A stretch of DNA of 31,701 bases, from the IMG/VR virus record IMGVR_UViG_3300023095_000007, positions 1-31,701 of that record; one strand, given 5' to 3'. The first letter of the stretch is position 1. The number at the start of each line of letters is the position of its first letter. Positions 1-9,037 of the stretch are shown here, one piece after another. A program made the position numbers and the translations under genes. Source of the DNA: a virus (Duplodnaviria; Caudoviricetes). The notes under the pieces are model-generated. The model did not search any database. It saw nothing but the letters and a program-made list of their open reading frames with translations, and was not told the origin of the DNA.

Positions 1-473
1 TTTCCGTTGGTATCGTTAATACCTGTAACTATTTTAGGGTTCGTCAGAGTTGCCCCAGAGCTCGTAATGGACGTAGCCGTAATATCGCCATGTGTGCCAT
101 CTTGATTGTGTTCTACAAGGATACCCTGTGTAAGACGGTTCTCACGGCTCGAGGCGACGGGAATGTAAACCCTAGTGGTAGACCCTGCTGGGTAGTTCTG
201 ATCTGTCCCATACCTCAACACAAGTGAGGTAACTGTCGTTCCTGAGGAGACAACTCCTTCCCATTCAGTGTAAGAACCGACGTCGCGGACTTCAACTCCG
301 TTCACAAGCGTAACTGTATCTATAGCGAAGATTGCGCCCGTAGTGGTAGGCCAGTTGGACGTAGACCCCACAGTAATGCTAGTGCCCGCAATAGCATGTC
401 CTGGTGCTGCAAGGGTGGTTGCGGTTCCTGGGTTGCCAACTTCTGTGAAATAGTCTGTATTTGCTGCAGCCAT
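1..473 (-). CDS. tail/tail-fibre protein, N-terminal part (runs off the left edge; not in ORF track)
   Basis: ATG at 473 with AAGGAG SD; open to window edge: MAAANTDYFTEVGNPGTATTLAAPG...GILVEHNQDGTHGDITATS...; Thr/Gly-rich; follows the tail genes. Confidence 0.75.
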   Translation of the reverse strand, partial: MAAANTDYFTEVGNPGTATTLAAPGHAIAGTSITVGSTSNWPTTTGAIFAIDTVTLVNGVEVRDVGSYTEWEGVVSSGTTVTSLVLRYGTDQNYPAGSTTRVYIPVASSRENRLTQGILVEHNQDGTHGDITATSITSSGATLTNPKIVTGINDTNG

Positions 474-527
474 TATGCGACTCCTTCTAGTTTTATTGTA
501 CTAATGTTTATCATAATTACCATCCTT

Positions 528-2549
528 TTATTGGTTAATTCCCTGGTATACGAGATCCAGACTTGATGTACCCCTTGTATTTACTGAGCTAAGAATGTAG
601 TCACAGTTCGCGTCCTCGGTAACCACTTCCCAATCTAGCTGGTTAATCAGTCCCTTTGGCTTAATATTCAGCACCGCGATTGAGTTTGCAAACGAGTCAA
701 TCTGTCCTACATCATCACCGTATTGATAGTCACCCGAGTAGTCCCACTCCCCTACTCCCGTAAACGAGACCTCTACAGAGAACGTATCTGATCCTGTATT
801 GGTGGTCGCTCCACGTTTTGAAAGTCCGTAGGTATTTGCCATGATATCGCCTTTAGGTTGGAGGAGCTTGTAGTACTGGTTTCTGACGTTTCCTAAAGAG
901 ACCCCGTCTTCGTCCCAAACAAGAGAGGCAAAGGCACACCGAGTCCTAAACGGTACACCGTCGTCGGTAGTAGTCTGGGAGCCCGCACGGGTGAACTCTA
1001 GAATCTTATTATCTTCTCCATATCCAGACAAGTAGCATAGGTGGGCAATTCCGTCATTATCTTCGTAGAGCCATATATCTCTAGCTGCTACTGTCCAACG
1101 AAGCACCCACGCGTTCTTACGGGCAAAGTCAATGTACCATATCTCGTTATTCTGATCAGATCCCACAGGAAGAGCAAAGAACACCTTGTCCTGGTACTCT
1201 ACCGCTGAAGCGCCTCTTAAAGCAGATAGACTAATCCTGTTTATATCAGGTTCAATGAGACTTGAAAGGGTAGTGGTCGTGAGGATGTTGACAATGTTCT
1301 GGCTCGTACCAGTCGTCTTGATAGCGTCGCCAGTAGGGTAGATAAGTGCATCTCGCACCTTAGGAGTTGCTCTTGGAGCGTATGTTCCTGACTGTCCGTT
1401 GGCTTCGATGACATTAGGGTAGAAGATTGTTTGATCTCCGTAAGTGACAGACTCGAAAGTAATATGATTAATATATCCTTTACCTGCTGCGCCACGAGAA
1501 GAGGTGGTAATGACAGGATCACCTTTACCTGTTCTGAAACCGTCGACAAAGTTGAGCTGTGTATCTCCACCCTCATCAATCGTCGTGAAACCTCCACCGT
1601 TAAGAGAGGAGAAGTCACCAGTCCCCGCTGCTGAGTAGTAAGCTTTATTGTCAACCGTAACCCCGAACACTTGAGAGTTTCTCTTATCGACATACATCCA
1701 AGTGAACACGGGCCCCTCTGTAGAGTTAGAAGACGGGGCTGTTTTGAAGGGGTTGAGTGTTAAGGAGCCATCGTCAGTAAACGAAAGTGTGGAAAGGTTC
1801 GATACAGTGATAATCTCATATAGAGAATTAGGGTCCGTTCCTCCATAGATTGTGTAAGAGGTGGCACCTACAACAGACGACCAGGTGACCACAACATTCT
1901 TCGTTGTAGCATCCCAATTATCCCGTAGGTCGTTTACGTTTATAGCGGTAGAAGATGGAGAAGCCGCACTTTCACCTACGGCGTTATTAGCTGTTATCTT
2001 ATAGTAGTAGTTATACGGTTTCGTCCCAGATGTAAGACCAGCGGTTGGAGTTCCTGTAGGCGCAGAAGGAGTAGCAATAGAAGTATATTCTACCGTGGCC
2101 ATAGTCGGTAGGTTAATGTAGGTCAACGTATCGTCAGAGTTATATACGTAGACGCGGTCTTTCGACTGCTTGAATCCCGCGAATTCACCATCTATAGAAT
2201 AGGTATTCACACCGCCAACCAATGTAAAAGGCCCGCCATCCAGTTGATAGTATATTTTTCCGACACCTGTTACGCTCATCATGAATAGAAGGCCGCGTTG
2301 GCCATTATAGCGGTAGTTGCCTCGTCCGATAATCTCATAATCAGGCTGTGTACCATACTGGATCGAAGGCGGTCGAGGCCGTGGGACATTGTCCTCAACA
2401 AGTTCCATGTTAGTCATGTCACTTAATGAGTCCTCGGGACGCCGTGCGTTATTAAATGTCGATACATATCCCTTGGCGAAGTTATTCTGATGCTTGTTAA
2501 TAACGTTCTGGTGACGTTTTTCTCTTCGACCCTTAACTATGTATGCCAT
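528..2549 (-). CDS. podovirus-type tail tubular/nozzle (stabilization) protein with an FnIII-like insert
   Basis: 673 aa, beta-rich; YYYKITANNAVGESAAS and VTWSSVVGATSYTIY FnIII-like motifs; follows the adaptor-sized gene. Confidence 0.65.
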   Translation of the reverse strand: MAYIVKGRREKRHQNVINKHQNNFAKGYVSTFNNARRPEDSLSDMTNMELVEDNVPRPRPPSIQYGTQPDYEIIGRGNYRYNGQRGLLFMMSVTGVGKIYYQLDGGPFTLVGGVNTYSIDGEFAGFKQSKDRVYVYNSDDTLTYINLPTMATVEYTSIATPSAPTGTPTAGLTSGTKPYNYYYKITANNAVGESAASPSSTAINVNDLRDNWDATTKNVVVTWSSVVGATSYTIYGGTDPNSLYEIITVSNLSTLSFTDDGSLTLNPFKTAPSSNSTEGPVFTWMYVDKRNSQVFGVTVDNKAYYSAAGTGDFSSLNGGGFTTIDEGGDTQLNFVDGFRTGKGDPVITTSSRGAAGKGYINHITFESVTYGDQTIFYPNVIEANGQSGTYAPRATPKVRDALIYPTGDAIKTTGTSQNIVNILTTTTLSSLIEPDINRISLSALRGASAVEYQDKVFFALPVGSDQNNEIWYIDFARKNAWVLRWTVAARDIWLYEDNDGIAHLCYLSGYGEDNKILEFTRAGSQTTTDDGVPFRTRCAFASLVWDEDGVSLGNVRNQYYKLLQPKGDIMANTYGLSKRGATTNTGSDTFSVEVSFTGVGEWDYSGDYQYGDDVGQIDSFANSIAVLNIKPKGLINQLDWEVVTEDANCDYILSSVNTRGTSSLDLVYQGINQ

Positions 2550-3253
2550 TACGAGTAGTCTCCGTCGCTTCCGTAAACGTAGCGATTACCCCTTATACGA
2601 TTCACGTTTGTAGGGGCCACACGAGGGTTTCCGTAGACGCCCTTGCGGTTGGCGGCGGCCATCTGTGAGTAAAGAAAATTGGCCTTTCCTACGAGGTCAG
2701 GGGATTTGTCAGAATACGACAGGTCGTTAAAAGCGAGTTCACTTGCCACCGCATAGACAAGCCACATCGGGTCATCCACTGGTATATCGTCTGAGGGGTC
2801 CGTAATTTCGTCTGGCATAAAGTAGGCGGCTAGGTTAATAGTTCCACCTATGTAGTTACCATCTGCGTTAAACGTATCGTTAAAAGTCAACAGCTTTGGC
2901 TCTCGTCCTGATATATAGACTGAGTTGTAAAAGTTGTTTCTCTCTTCTGGTTTCACGAGGGTGTATTTGATGTAACTTGTCGGGTTACCCGTAGGAGATA
3001 TAGTAACGCCGTTTGCTGGGGTTAAGAACTCGTCCTCTAGCTCGTATACTTGTGTACCGAAAGCTACTGTCCCAACCTCGCGTGCCTCAAAGAGAGACTG
3101 CCAAGTGTTCTTAGAATCCCTCGCCCACTCTTGGATTTTACGGTTAGTAACACGGAGCCACATATTGTAATCTGGAGTACTGAGTGAAGGAGCATCATCA
3201 TCTGTACCCCTGTATGCGTCATTCACTTGGTTTATGAAATCTGAGTAGATCAT
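2549..3253 (-). CDS. head-tail adaptor / tail tubular protein A-like
   Basis: 234 aa; helical N-terminus, GTQVYELEDEF, and a C-terminal 'DDIPVDDPMWLVYAVASE' pattern typical of adaptors; gene order. Confidence 0.6.
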   Translation of the reverse strand: MIYSDFINQVNDAYRGTDDDAPSLSTPDYNMWLRVTNRKIQEWARDSKNTWQSLFEAREVGTVAFGTQVYELEDEFLTPANGVTISPTGNPTSYIKYTLVKPEERNNFYNSVYISGREPKLLTFNDTFNADGNYIGGTINLAAYFMPDEITDPSDDIPVDDPMWLVYAVASELAFNDLSYSDKSPDLVGKANFLYSQMAAANRKGVYGNPRVAPTNVNRIRGNRYVYGSDGDYS

Positions 3254-6200
3254 GCTATTTTCTTCCTTTGGATCTTAGATCCATAAACTAATTTACGAAC
3301 GGCATCTTGGTTGCTTCTTGCGGTACTATCCAGTGCCTCAAGACGTTTTGCATAGTCGAATTTGCTTTTAGTGGACGTCGATTTCTTCGCGGTACTGGCC
3401 TTCGTAGTTGCCACCTTTGTAGTCGAAGCCTCGCTTTTAGACACGGTGGGTGCACCTTCTCTAGGAATCCATAACTTAGGGTCTATAGTCCCAAGGGCAT
3501 ATTTCTCTTGTCGCTCTGTAAAGTCGATCTTTTTAGCCAGATCCGTGTTACCAATGCCCTCTAGGAACTGCTTCTTAGATAGGGCATTGATGTCTGTTTG
3601 GGCGTTAGCGAGTGTTTTTTTCTTATCAGAATCACTGAGGGACTGGTACTCAGGCGAGCGAACAATGTTGTTCCACAGTAGCTTCGTCTCTTTTCCGACT
3701 GCATCGTTGTACTCTTTCTGTTGGTCTGCATCTAGCTTGAGAGTCTCTCCACCGACTTTAATCGTCTTGTCGGTTGTTGGGAAGATAGGTTCGTTCACAT
3801 CCTTCAGTCGGTCGAGCTCGTTAGTTAGATCTGTTTCAATAGCCTTTGACGGCCTGAGAGGGTCTATAAGACGTCCGATCTTAGAGTCATTAGCTTGTTT
3901 AAGTTCATTACCAAAGGTATCTGACTTCGCGTTTAACGTTGTCCTAGCGCCTGGTATACGGCTGAGAATAGCTTCACCTGCGTTGTTTGCCTGCCGCTGG
4001 GTCTCGTCAGTTACGTTACCTATATCGTTAATAAGAGTTGGTACTACTGAGCCAGCCTGAGATTTAACAAAGTTGGCGGCGTAGCGTTGTGGGTCTTGGA
4101 TTGCGTCAAGTGCGCCAGATATACCTGACAGGAAGGACTGTTCGAGCGTTCCTGTAGCTAGCTGGGTTCCACCTGCAACAAGTGAGTCCGCAACTCCTGC
4201 GCCGTCTTTGATGGAGTCTGTAATTGACTTACCGACGTTGAAAAGTGCTCCAACAGGCCCTGCATAATTCAAAGAGTAGTACTTATCACCTACGCGTACA
4301 GAGTTCGGAGTAATGCCTTCTGCTTTCCATCGTGCCTGCTCGGTTGGATCGTTTGGATAGTTACCAGTCAGTAGATCGTTGTTGGCAAGTTCAGCCCCCA
4401 GGTATATAAGTCCCGTACCAGTCCCCGCTTCTGATATAGCTTGTACGAGTTTTGCCTGGTCAAGTTGTCTCTTCCCAGCCTGCATAATTACTTCCTTTAC
4501 TGCACCAATAGGAGTGAAGTCTATGACTCGTGAAAGGAAAGCGGATGGTACTTTTGTAAACGGAGCTAATACCCCGAGCGTTGCTTTTGCTGCGCCACGT
4601 ACCACGGGATTCTGAAGTCTCTCAATTGACTGACGTACACCGTTTACTCCGTTAGATAGGAGAGTATCATTGGCGAGGACAGATTGTTCGGCGACGTTTG
4701 TAGCGTACTGTGTAGCTTCTTCACTTGGATTACTGAGCCCTTTTGCAACATAGTCATCAAACGCTTTACCCTTAAGCTTAAGGTTCTTAGCTTCTACGAT
4801 GGTGGCTTCTGCGATAGAGTTCTTAAACTGTGAGTAGTAGAATGGTCGATCAGCAGCACCCATGACACGGAATACACCATTAACGTAAGCCCCAAGAGCT
4901 TTGTTCTTGAAGTTAATTTCCCGATCTATGTACTTTCCGTCTGCGGTGAACGCGCGCTCATCGACTCCCGACTTGAGATACTTGGCGGCCTTAGATAAGC
5001 CTTCTGTAGTCCCTGACCATGCACCCTTGGTTGTTAGAGCAGCACTCCGCTTTCCTGTGAATAACGACGCTGCGATATCTGCAAGCACCGCTCCAGGGCG
5101 GGATACCTCTCGGAGTCCTCTGAACAGGGCATTAGATAACGCCCCACCCGTAGTTGTACGAATACCAGTAAGGAGACCTGCTTTCCACGCGCCAACTGCT
5201 TTATCCACAAAGTCAGACGGTATAAGCTTGTTGACCTCTTTTTGCATTTCCGCGATAACCTGGCTCTTGGTCGCGTCCTTCTCTACCTTTGTAAGGTTAG
5301 GGAGTGTATCTACTTGATCAACTCTCTTTGCCAACTCTGTAAGACTCTGTCTGTCCTTTGGTGTTAGCTCCACGTCTGTCCTCTTCAATTGACGCTGCGC
5401 ATCGAAGAGAAGACCTGAACCTGTCCGTCTATTAATTAATTTCGCGGCCTGAACAGTTTGCCCAGCTTTTGTAAGTGAAGAAGAAAGCTTATCGTAGATT
5501 TCGGTTGCAACCCTTAATGATGCTTCGTCGCCCCGAAGGTCGAGTGCATTTGCAGTGGCGAGGCCGTCCGCAATATCCTGTGAACTTGCCTTTTTAGAGT
5601 CGAGGCGCGATAGAACGTCGTTAGAGGCATTATCTACTCCTCTTTCCTTGAGATACGAAATAGAGTCCTCAAGTGAGCCCTGGTTAGTAACAGGGTTATA
5701 GTCTGGTGCAGATTCACGTACACGCTGTGCTAGGTCGTCAGATAGGTTACCGCTGTTAGGAGCAGTTTGAGATGCAAACCTACTTTGCTTGCCTTGACTT
5801 AATGTAGTTCGTGTGTTATTAATTGGCAATGAATTACCTGAGTTATCTATCTGCGACGGAGTTAGACTCTCGGTATTGGGCTGGTTGGGGACTTGTCCTG
5901 GAACAATACTTCTACTTTGGTCTGCTTCTGTCAGGACTGGCTTTGCTGTGCTGGCTGGGAGTGGCTGTTTTGAAACTTCTGAGGAAAGATTAGTTCCTAT
6001 TATAGGAAGTTCTTCTGCACCGCCTTTGCTAACAGAATTCAGTAGCTCACTGTACTTTTCTGGTGCCATGTACTGGAGTTGCCCTAACTCAGAACTATCT
6101 GGTCTGTAGCCATACTGAGCCTGATAGGCTTCCTCCACTGTATTGTATTTCTTCCCCCCTGGAACCTGGATTGACCCCCTACTAAGAGTATTACGTCGTT

Positions 6201-7089
6201 GGGCATTTAGTTGTGCGATACCTTGGTTAATCTGTGCTCGACGGGTAGGGTCTGTTTCAATATCAAAAGCTTTCTGATATTGGATAAGAGTATTGTCTAG
6301 CTCTTTAATCTGAGGGTTAGCCTGTTCTACTGCTTTAACGGCTTTCTTAGCTGTTGGTACAGCGTTTCTAGCAACAACTCCAGAACCACCTGCTATAGTG
6401 TTTAACCCGCCAGCTGTCAGACCTGATACCAATCCCGTCGTTACTCCGCTTTTAATAGCTTGCCCAAGATCTCCGTTTGCTCCATAAGACTCAGCACCCG
6501 TAGCTGCACCTTGAGCACCACCGTATAAAGCGGCTTGTTGGAGTCCTTCCTTTAGAAGTTGTTTCGTACCCATATCCTGTACACCTTTAGCAAGAAGTGT
6601 AGTTGGATTCAGGAAGGTTGTCGCATCGAGTCCAGTCTGTAGTGCCCTACCCCCCACTGCAAGTGAGTCTCGTAAGAAGTCTCCAGTTGGCTGATAGTCT
6701 GGATTTACATTATAGCTTTCGCCCGTAACTGTTTTGGCAGCTTTGAGCTGGTTACGCAACATCTCAGTATTCTTGAGCTGCTCGACAACTTGAGCGTCCC
6801 GCCTCTGCTGATTGAGAAACGGGTTAGTCTGAGCTCCGATCGAACCAATAGTTCCCCCAGCCTGTAGCGCAATATCTCCAACATTTCCTATACCTTGTTG
6901 AACACCTGATACAAGCGACTTTCCTAGATTCCCAACGTTCTTTATAAGTCCCGTCGTAAAATCATTATCCCTTGCAGACTGTGCAAGGAGAGCCTTGGTT
7001 TTAGGCTGTGCAGTAGAGGCTGGCTGAGGAGTACTTGAAGAGTTCCCAAAAGGGTTTTGACCTTGTAGAAGCTTCTTCAAGTCGAACAT
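3250..7089 (-). CDS. large internal virion / DNA ejection protein
   Basis: 1279 aa, Ala/Gly-rich helical with Gly-zipper segments; size and position match podovirus ejection proteins. Confidence 0.6.
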   Translation of the reverse strand: MFDLKKLLQGQNPFGNSSSTPQPASTAQPKTKALLAQSARDNDFTTGLIKNVGNLGKSLVSGVQQGIGNVGDIALQAGGTIGSIGAQTNPFLNQQRRDAQVVEQLKNTEMLRNQLKAAKTVTGESYNVNPDYQPTGDFLRDSLAVGGRALQTGLDATTFLNPTTLLAKGVQDMGTKQLLKEGLQQAALYGGAQGAATGAESYGANGDLGQAIKSGVTTGLVSGLTAGGLNTIAGGSGVVARNAVPTAKKAVKAVEQANPQIKELDNTLIQYQKAFDIETDPTRRAQINQGIAQLNAQRRNTLSRGSIQVPGGKKYNTVEEAYQAQYGYRPDSSELGQLQYMAPEKYSELLNSVSKGGAEELPIIGTNLSSEVSKQPLPASTAKPVLTEADQSRSIVPGQVPNQPNTESLTPSQIDNSGNSLPINNTRTTLSQGKQSRFASQTAPNSGNLSDDLAQRVRESAPDYNPVTNQGSLEDSISYLKERGVDNASNDVLSRLDSKKASSQDIADGLATANALDLRGDEASLRVATEIYDKLSSSLTKAGQTVQAAKLINRRTGSGLLFDAQRQLKRTDVELTPKDRQSLTELAKRVDQVDTLPNLTKVEKDATKSQVIAEMQKEVNKLIPSDFVDKAVGAWKAGLLTGIRTTTGGALSNALFRGLREVSRPGAVLADIAASLFTGKRSAALTTKGAWSGTTEGLSKAAKYLKSGVDERAFTADGKYIDREINFKNKALGAYVNGVFRVMGAADRPFYYSQFKNSIAEATIVEAKNLKLKGKAFDDYVAKGLSNPSEEATQYATNVAEQSVLANDTLLSNGVNGVRQSIERLQNPVVRGAAKATLGVLAPFTKVPSAFLSRVIDFTPIGAVKEVIMQAGKRQLDQAKLVQAISEAGTGTGLIYLGAELANNDLLTGNYPNDPTEQARWKAEGITPNSVRVGDKYYSLNYAGPVGALFNVGKSITDSIKDGAGVADSLVAGGTQLATGTLEQSFLSGISGALDAIQDPQRYAANFVKSQAGSVVPTLINDIGNVTDETQRQANNAGEAILSRIPGARTTLNAKSDTFGNELKQANDSKIGRLIDPLRPSKAIETDLTNELDRLKDVNEPIFPTTDKTIKVGGETLKLDADQQKEYNDAVGKETKLLWNNIVRSPEYQSLSDSDKKKTLANAQTDINALSKKQFLEGIGNTDLAKKIDFTERQEKYALGTIDPKLWIPREGAPTVSKSEASTTKVATTKASTAKKSTSTKSKFDYAKRLEALDSTARSNQDAVRKLVYGSKIQRKKIA

Positions 7090-7110
7090 TAATTGCTCCT
7101 ATCGTTTAGT

Positions 7111-8175
7111 TTAGGCTTGACCAGTTAGTCTCTTACGGAGTAATGCAGCGTATGGGTTGGTCGCGTCACTTGCACCTTGGTTCTGAGCGTTAATGACTGA
7201 ACGATCGGCTGTGTATTGTCCTAATTCAGGTGTAGCAGCGACAGCGGCCTTTGGTGTGTAAGCTGTACGGAAAGTGTTGAAGAAGCTTTCAACTTGGTTG
7301 CGTGAGTTGTTAATGCTGTCTTGGAATGGTTGTTGTGCAGCACGAACTTGATTGTATCCACCACCGAGAGCTTGGGCACGTTGACCAGCAACTGTACCGA
7401 GTTGAGAGTTAATGCCTTGGCGCTGTGATTCGATGCCTGATCGAAGCGCTGACTCGTTCGTTTTCTTCTGACGCATAAGATCGTCCAGAACGTCTGCAAA
7501 GCTAATATCGAATTGACCTTGAGCCTTGTCTATGCCGCGTAGGTTAGAACCGAAGGTCTCGTTGGCGTCAGCACGTTTGCTTGAAGTATCTGTTCCAATA
7601 ACGTTAGGAAGAAGATCACGATATGCGCTTGAACCTGTACCAGCAGCACGACCGATAATCTGGGCTAGTGAACGGTATCCATTGTTAGCATTCTTATTAA
7701 TAGTGTCGTAGGTCTTTAGCTTACCCTTGTTCTGGTCAACGCGCTGGTCCGCGTAATTAGCGTACTGTTGTTCCTTAGAGGCGTTAGCACCGCCAAGTTG
7801 ACGTTGATATTCGTCTTCGTTCTGTGTAAGTCCTTGGTTAAGTCCAGTATCTGTGCGCGCAAGAAGGTCGCGTAACTGTTGTGCTTGGTCGTCGAGATAA
7901 GAAAGATCCATACCAGAACCTCCACTGCCACCACCTGAGAGCTGGGCAGACTGATTCGCAGCCGACTCACCTGCGCGTTCTACTTCTCCGAACAGATCAT
8001 CGTTCGCCCACATAGGAGCGTTAAATGGGTTAATAGTTGGACTCACGAGTTGGTTAGCCACGTTCTGTTGAGTAGTAGGAACCCGACCCGTGCTACCTAA
8101 GTTCTCAGATAATCCGAACTCTGGAAGGTTCCACTTATTACCTGTTGATGCAACGATATCTCCTAAGAATGACAT
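7111..8175 (-). CDS. internal virion/ejection protein (coiled-coil)
   Basis: Gln/Asn/Ala-rich helical; start moved from 8208 to ATG 8175, which has a GGAG SD. Confidence 0.55.
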   Translation of the reverse strand: MSFLGDIVASTGNKWNLPEFGLSENLGSTGRVPTTQQNVANQLVSPTINPFNAPMWANDDLFGEVERAGESAANQSAQLSGGGSGGSGMDLSYLDDQAQQLRDLLARTDTGLNQGLTQNEDEYQRQLGGANASKEQQYANYADQRVDQNKGKLKTYDTINKNANNGYRSLAQIIGRAAGTGSSAYRDLLPNVIGTDTSSKRADANETFGSNLRGIDKAQGQFDISFADVLDDLMRQKKTNESALRSGIESQRQGINSQLGTVAGQRAQALGGGYNQVRAAQQPFQDSINNSRNQVESFFNTFRTAYTPKAAVAATPELGQYTADRSVINAQNQGASDATNPYAALLRKRLTGQA

Positions 8176-8266
8176 ATAAAATCTCCGTTTGAATAAATTA
8201 ATATCCATCGTCCTAGTGTTTCGGTAGGATGGGAGACTTCGAGCAATGTCGGTGCGTCTTATTCGC

Positions 8267-8295
8267 AGTATACTCTAGTGACTAACCTTTGGCAA
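8267..8295 (-). promoter_or_regulatory. sigma70-type promoter upstream of the ejection genes
   Basis: TTGCCA-N17-TATACT. Confidence 0.6.
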
Positions 8296-8469
8296 TATTA
8301 TCTCCAAAGGTCGTTCGATCTGATACGATTGTTCTACTCGCTCCACCTGTACGGTGACTGTTTTAGGTGAAAGTAGTGCGTATAAAATAAGCCCTGTCAC
8401 TATAAACTGTATAGTAACAAACACAACGAAGAACTTCTTATTAACGATAAACTCTTTATCTGTTGCCAT
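8275..8469 (-). CDS. small single-TM membrane protein (possible holin/lysis accessory)
   Basis: 64 aa, hydrophobic FFVVFVTIQFIVTGLILYALL; TAATG coupling with the upstream gene. Confidence 0.5.
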   Translation of the reverse strand: MATDKEFIVNKKFFVVFVTIQFIVTGLILYALLSPKTVTVQVERVEQSYQIERPLEIILPKVSH

Positions 8470-9023
8470 TATGCCGCAATCCCAATGAGTTGTAACTTCA
8501 CGACGACTCCGTCAGGGATAGTTCCCATAGAGGCTGTGCCGAGGGCATTAATTCCCAAGATCGTCACCCCGTTAAAACCTTGTTTCGTAAATGGAATAGA
8601 AACAGTCTTGTTACTTGTAATAATGGGGAGTCCTTGAGCATATACACCTGAGCTATCAATAAAGTTCGTCTGAATTGAATCTGGAAATATAGTTGAGCAA
8701 AGAGCCGTCCCTCCAGAGGTTCGGGTAGCCCCTTGAGTCGTCACGTATGAAGTAGTCGCTCCGCTTAGCGTGTTAACGGTTTCAGTCCACATCACAATAT
8801 CACCCGTGACTGGAGTACCGTTTTGAGCGATACCATTGATGTAGCACCTAATAGCCGTCTTTTTATCTATTTTATCGTTGAGAGCAGACTCCACTGTAAG
8901 TACAGCATTCGAAGACGGTACCATGTTATCAGATGCTGCCATCGGTATATTGGGATCAATTTGTACCTTATCTACTTTAGTGTCGTCATGTCCTCCTGAG
9001 AACATCGAGAATGCTTCTGCCAT
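8469..9023 (-). CDS. tail-associated structural protein (hypothetical)
   Basis: 184 aa, beta-rich, directly after the tail fibre; GGAAAGG SD. Confidence 0.5.
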   Translation of the reverse strand: MAEAFSMFSGGHDDTKVDKVQIDPNIPMAASDNMVPSSNAVLTVESALNDKIDKKTAIRCYINGIAQNGTPVTGDIVMWTETVNTLSGATTSYVTTQGATRTSGGTALCSTIFPDSIQTNFIDSSGVYAQGLPIITSNKTVSIPFTKQGFNGVTILGINALGTASMGTIPDGVVVKLQLIGIAA

Positions 9024-9037
9024 ATTATTTCCTTTCC

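Noticed and set aside
3362-4060. 232-aa plus-strand ORF and the other plus-strand ORFs across the window
   Set aside because: They are antisense shadows of well-supported minus-strand genes and have no recognisable motifs.
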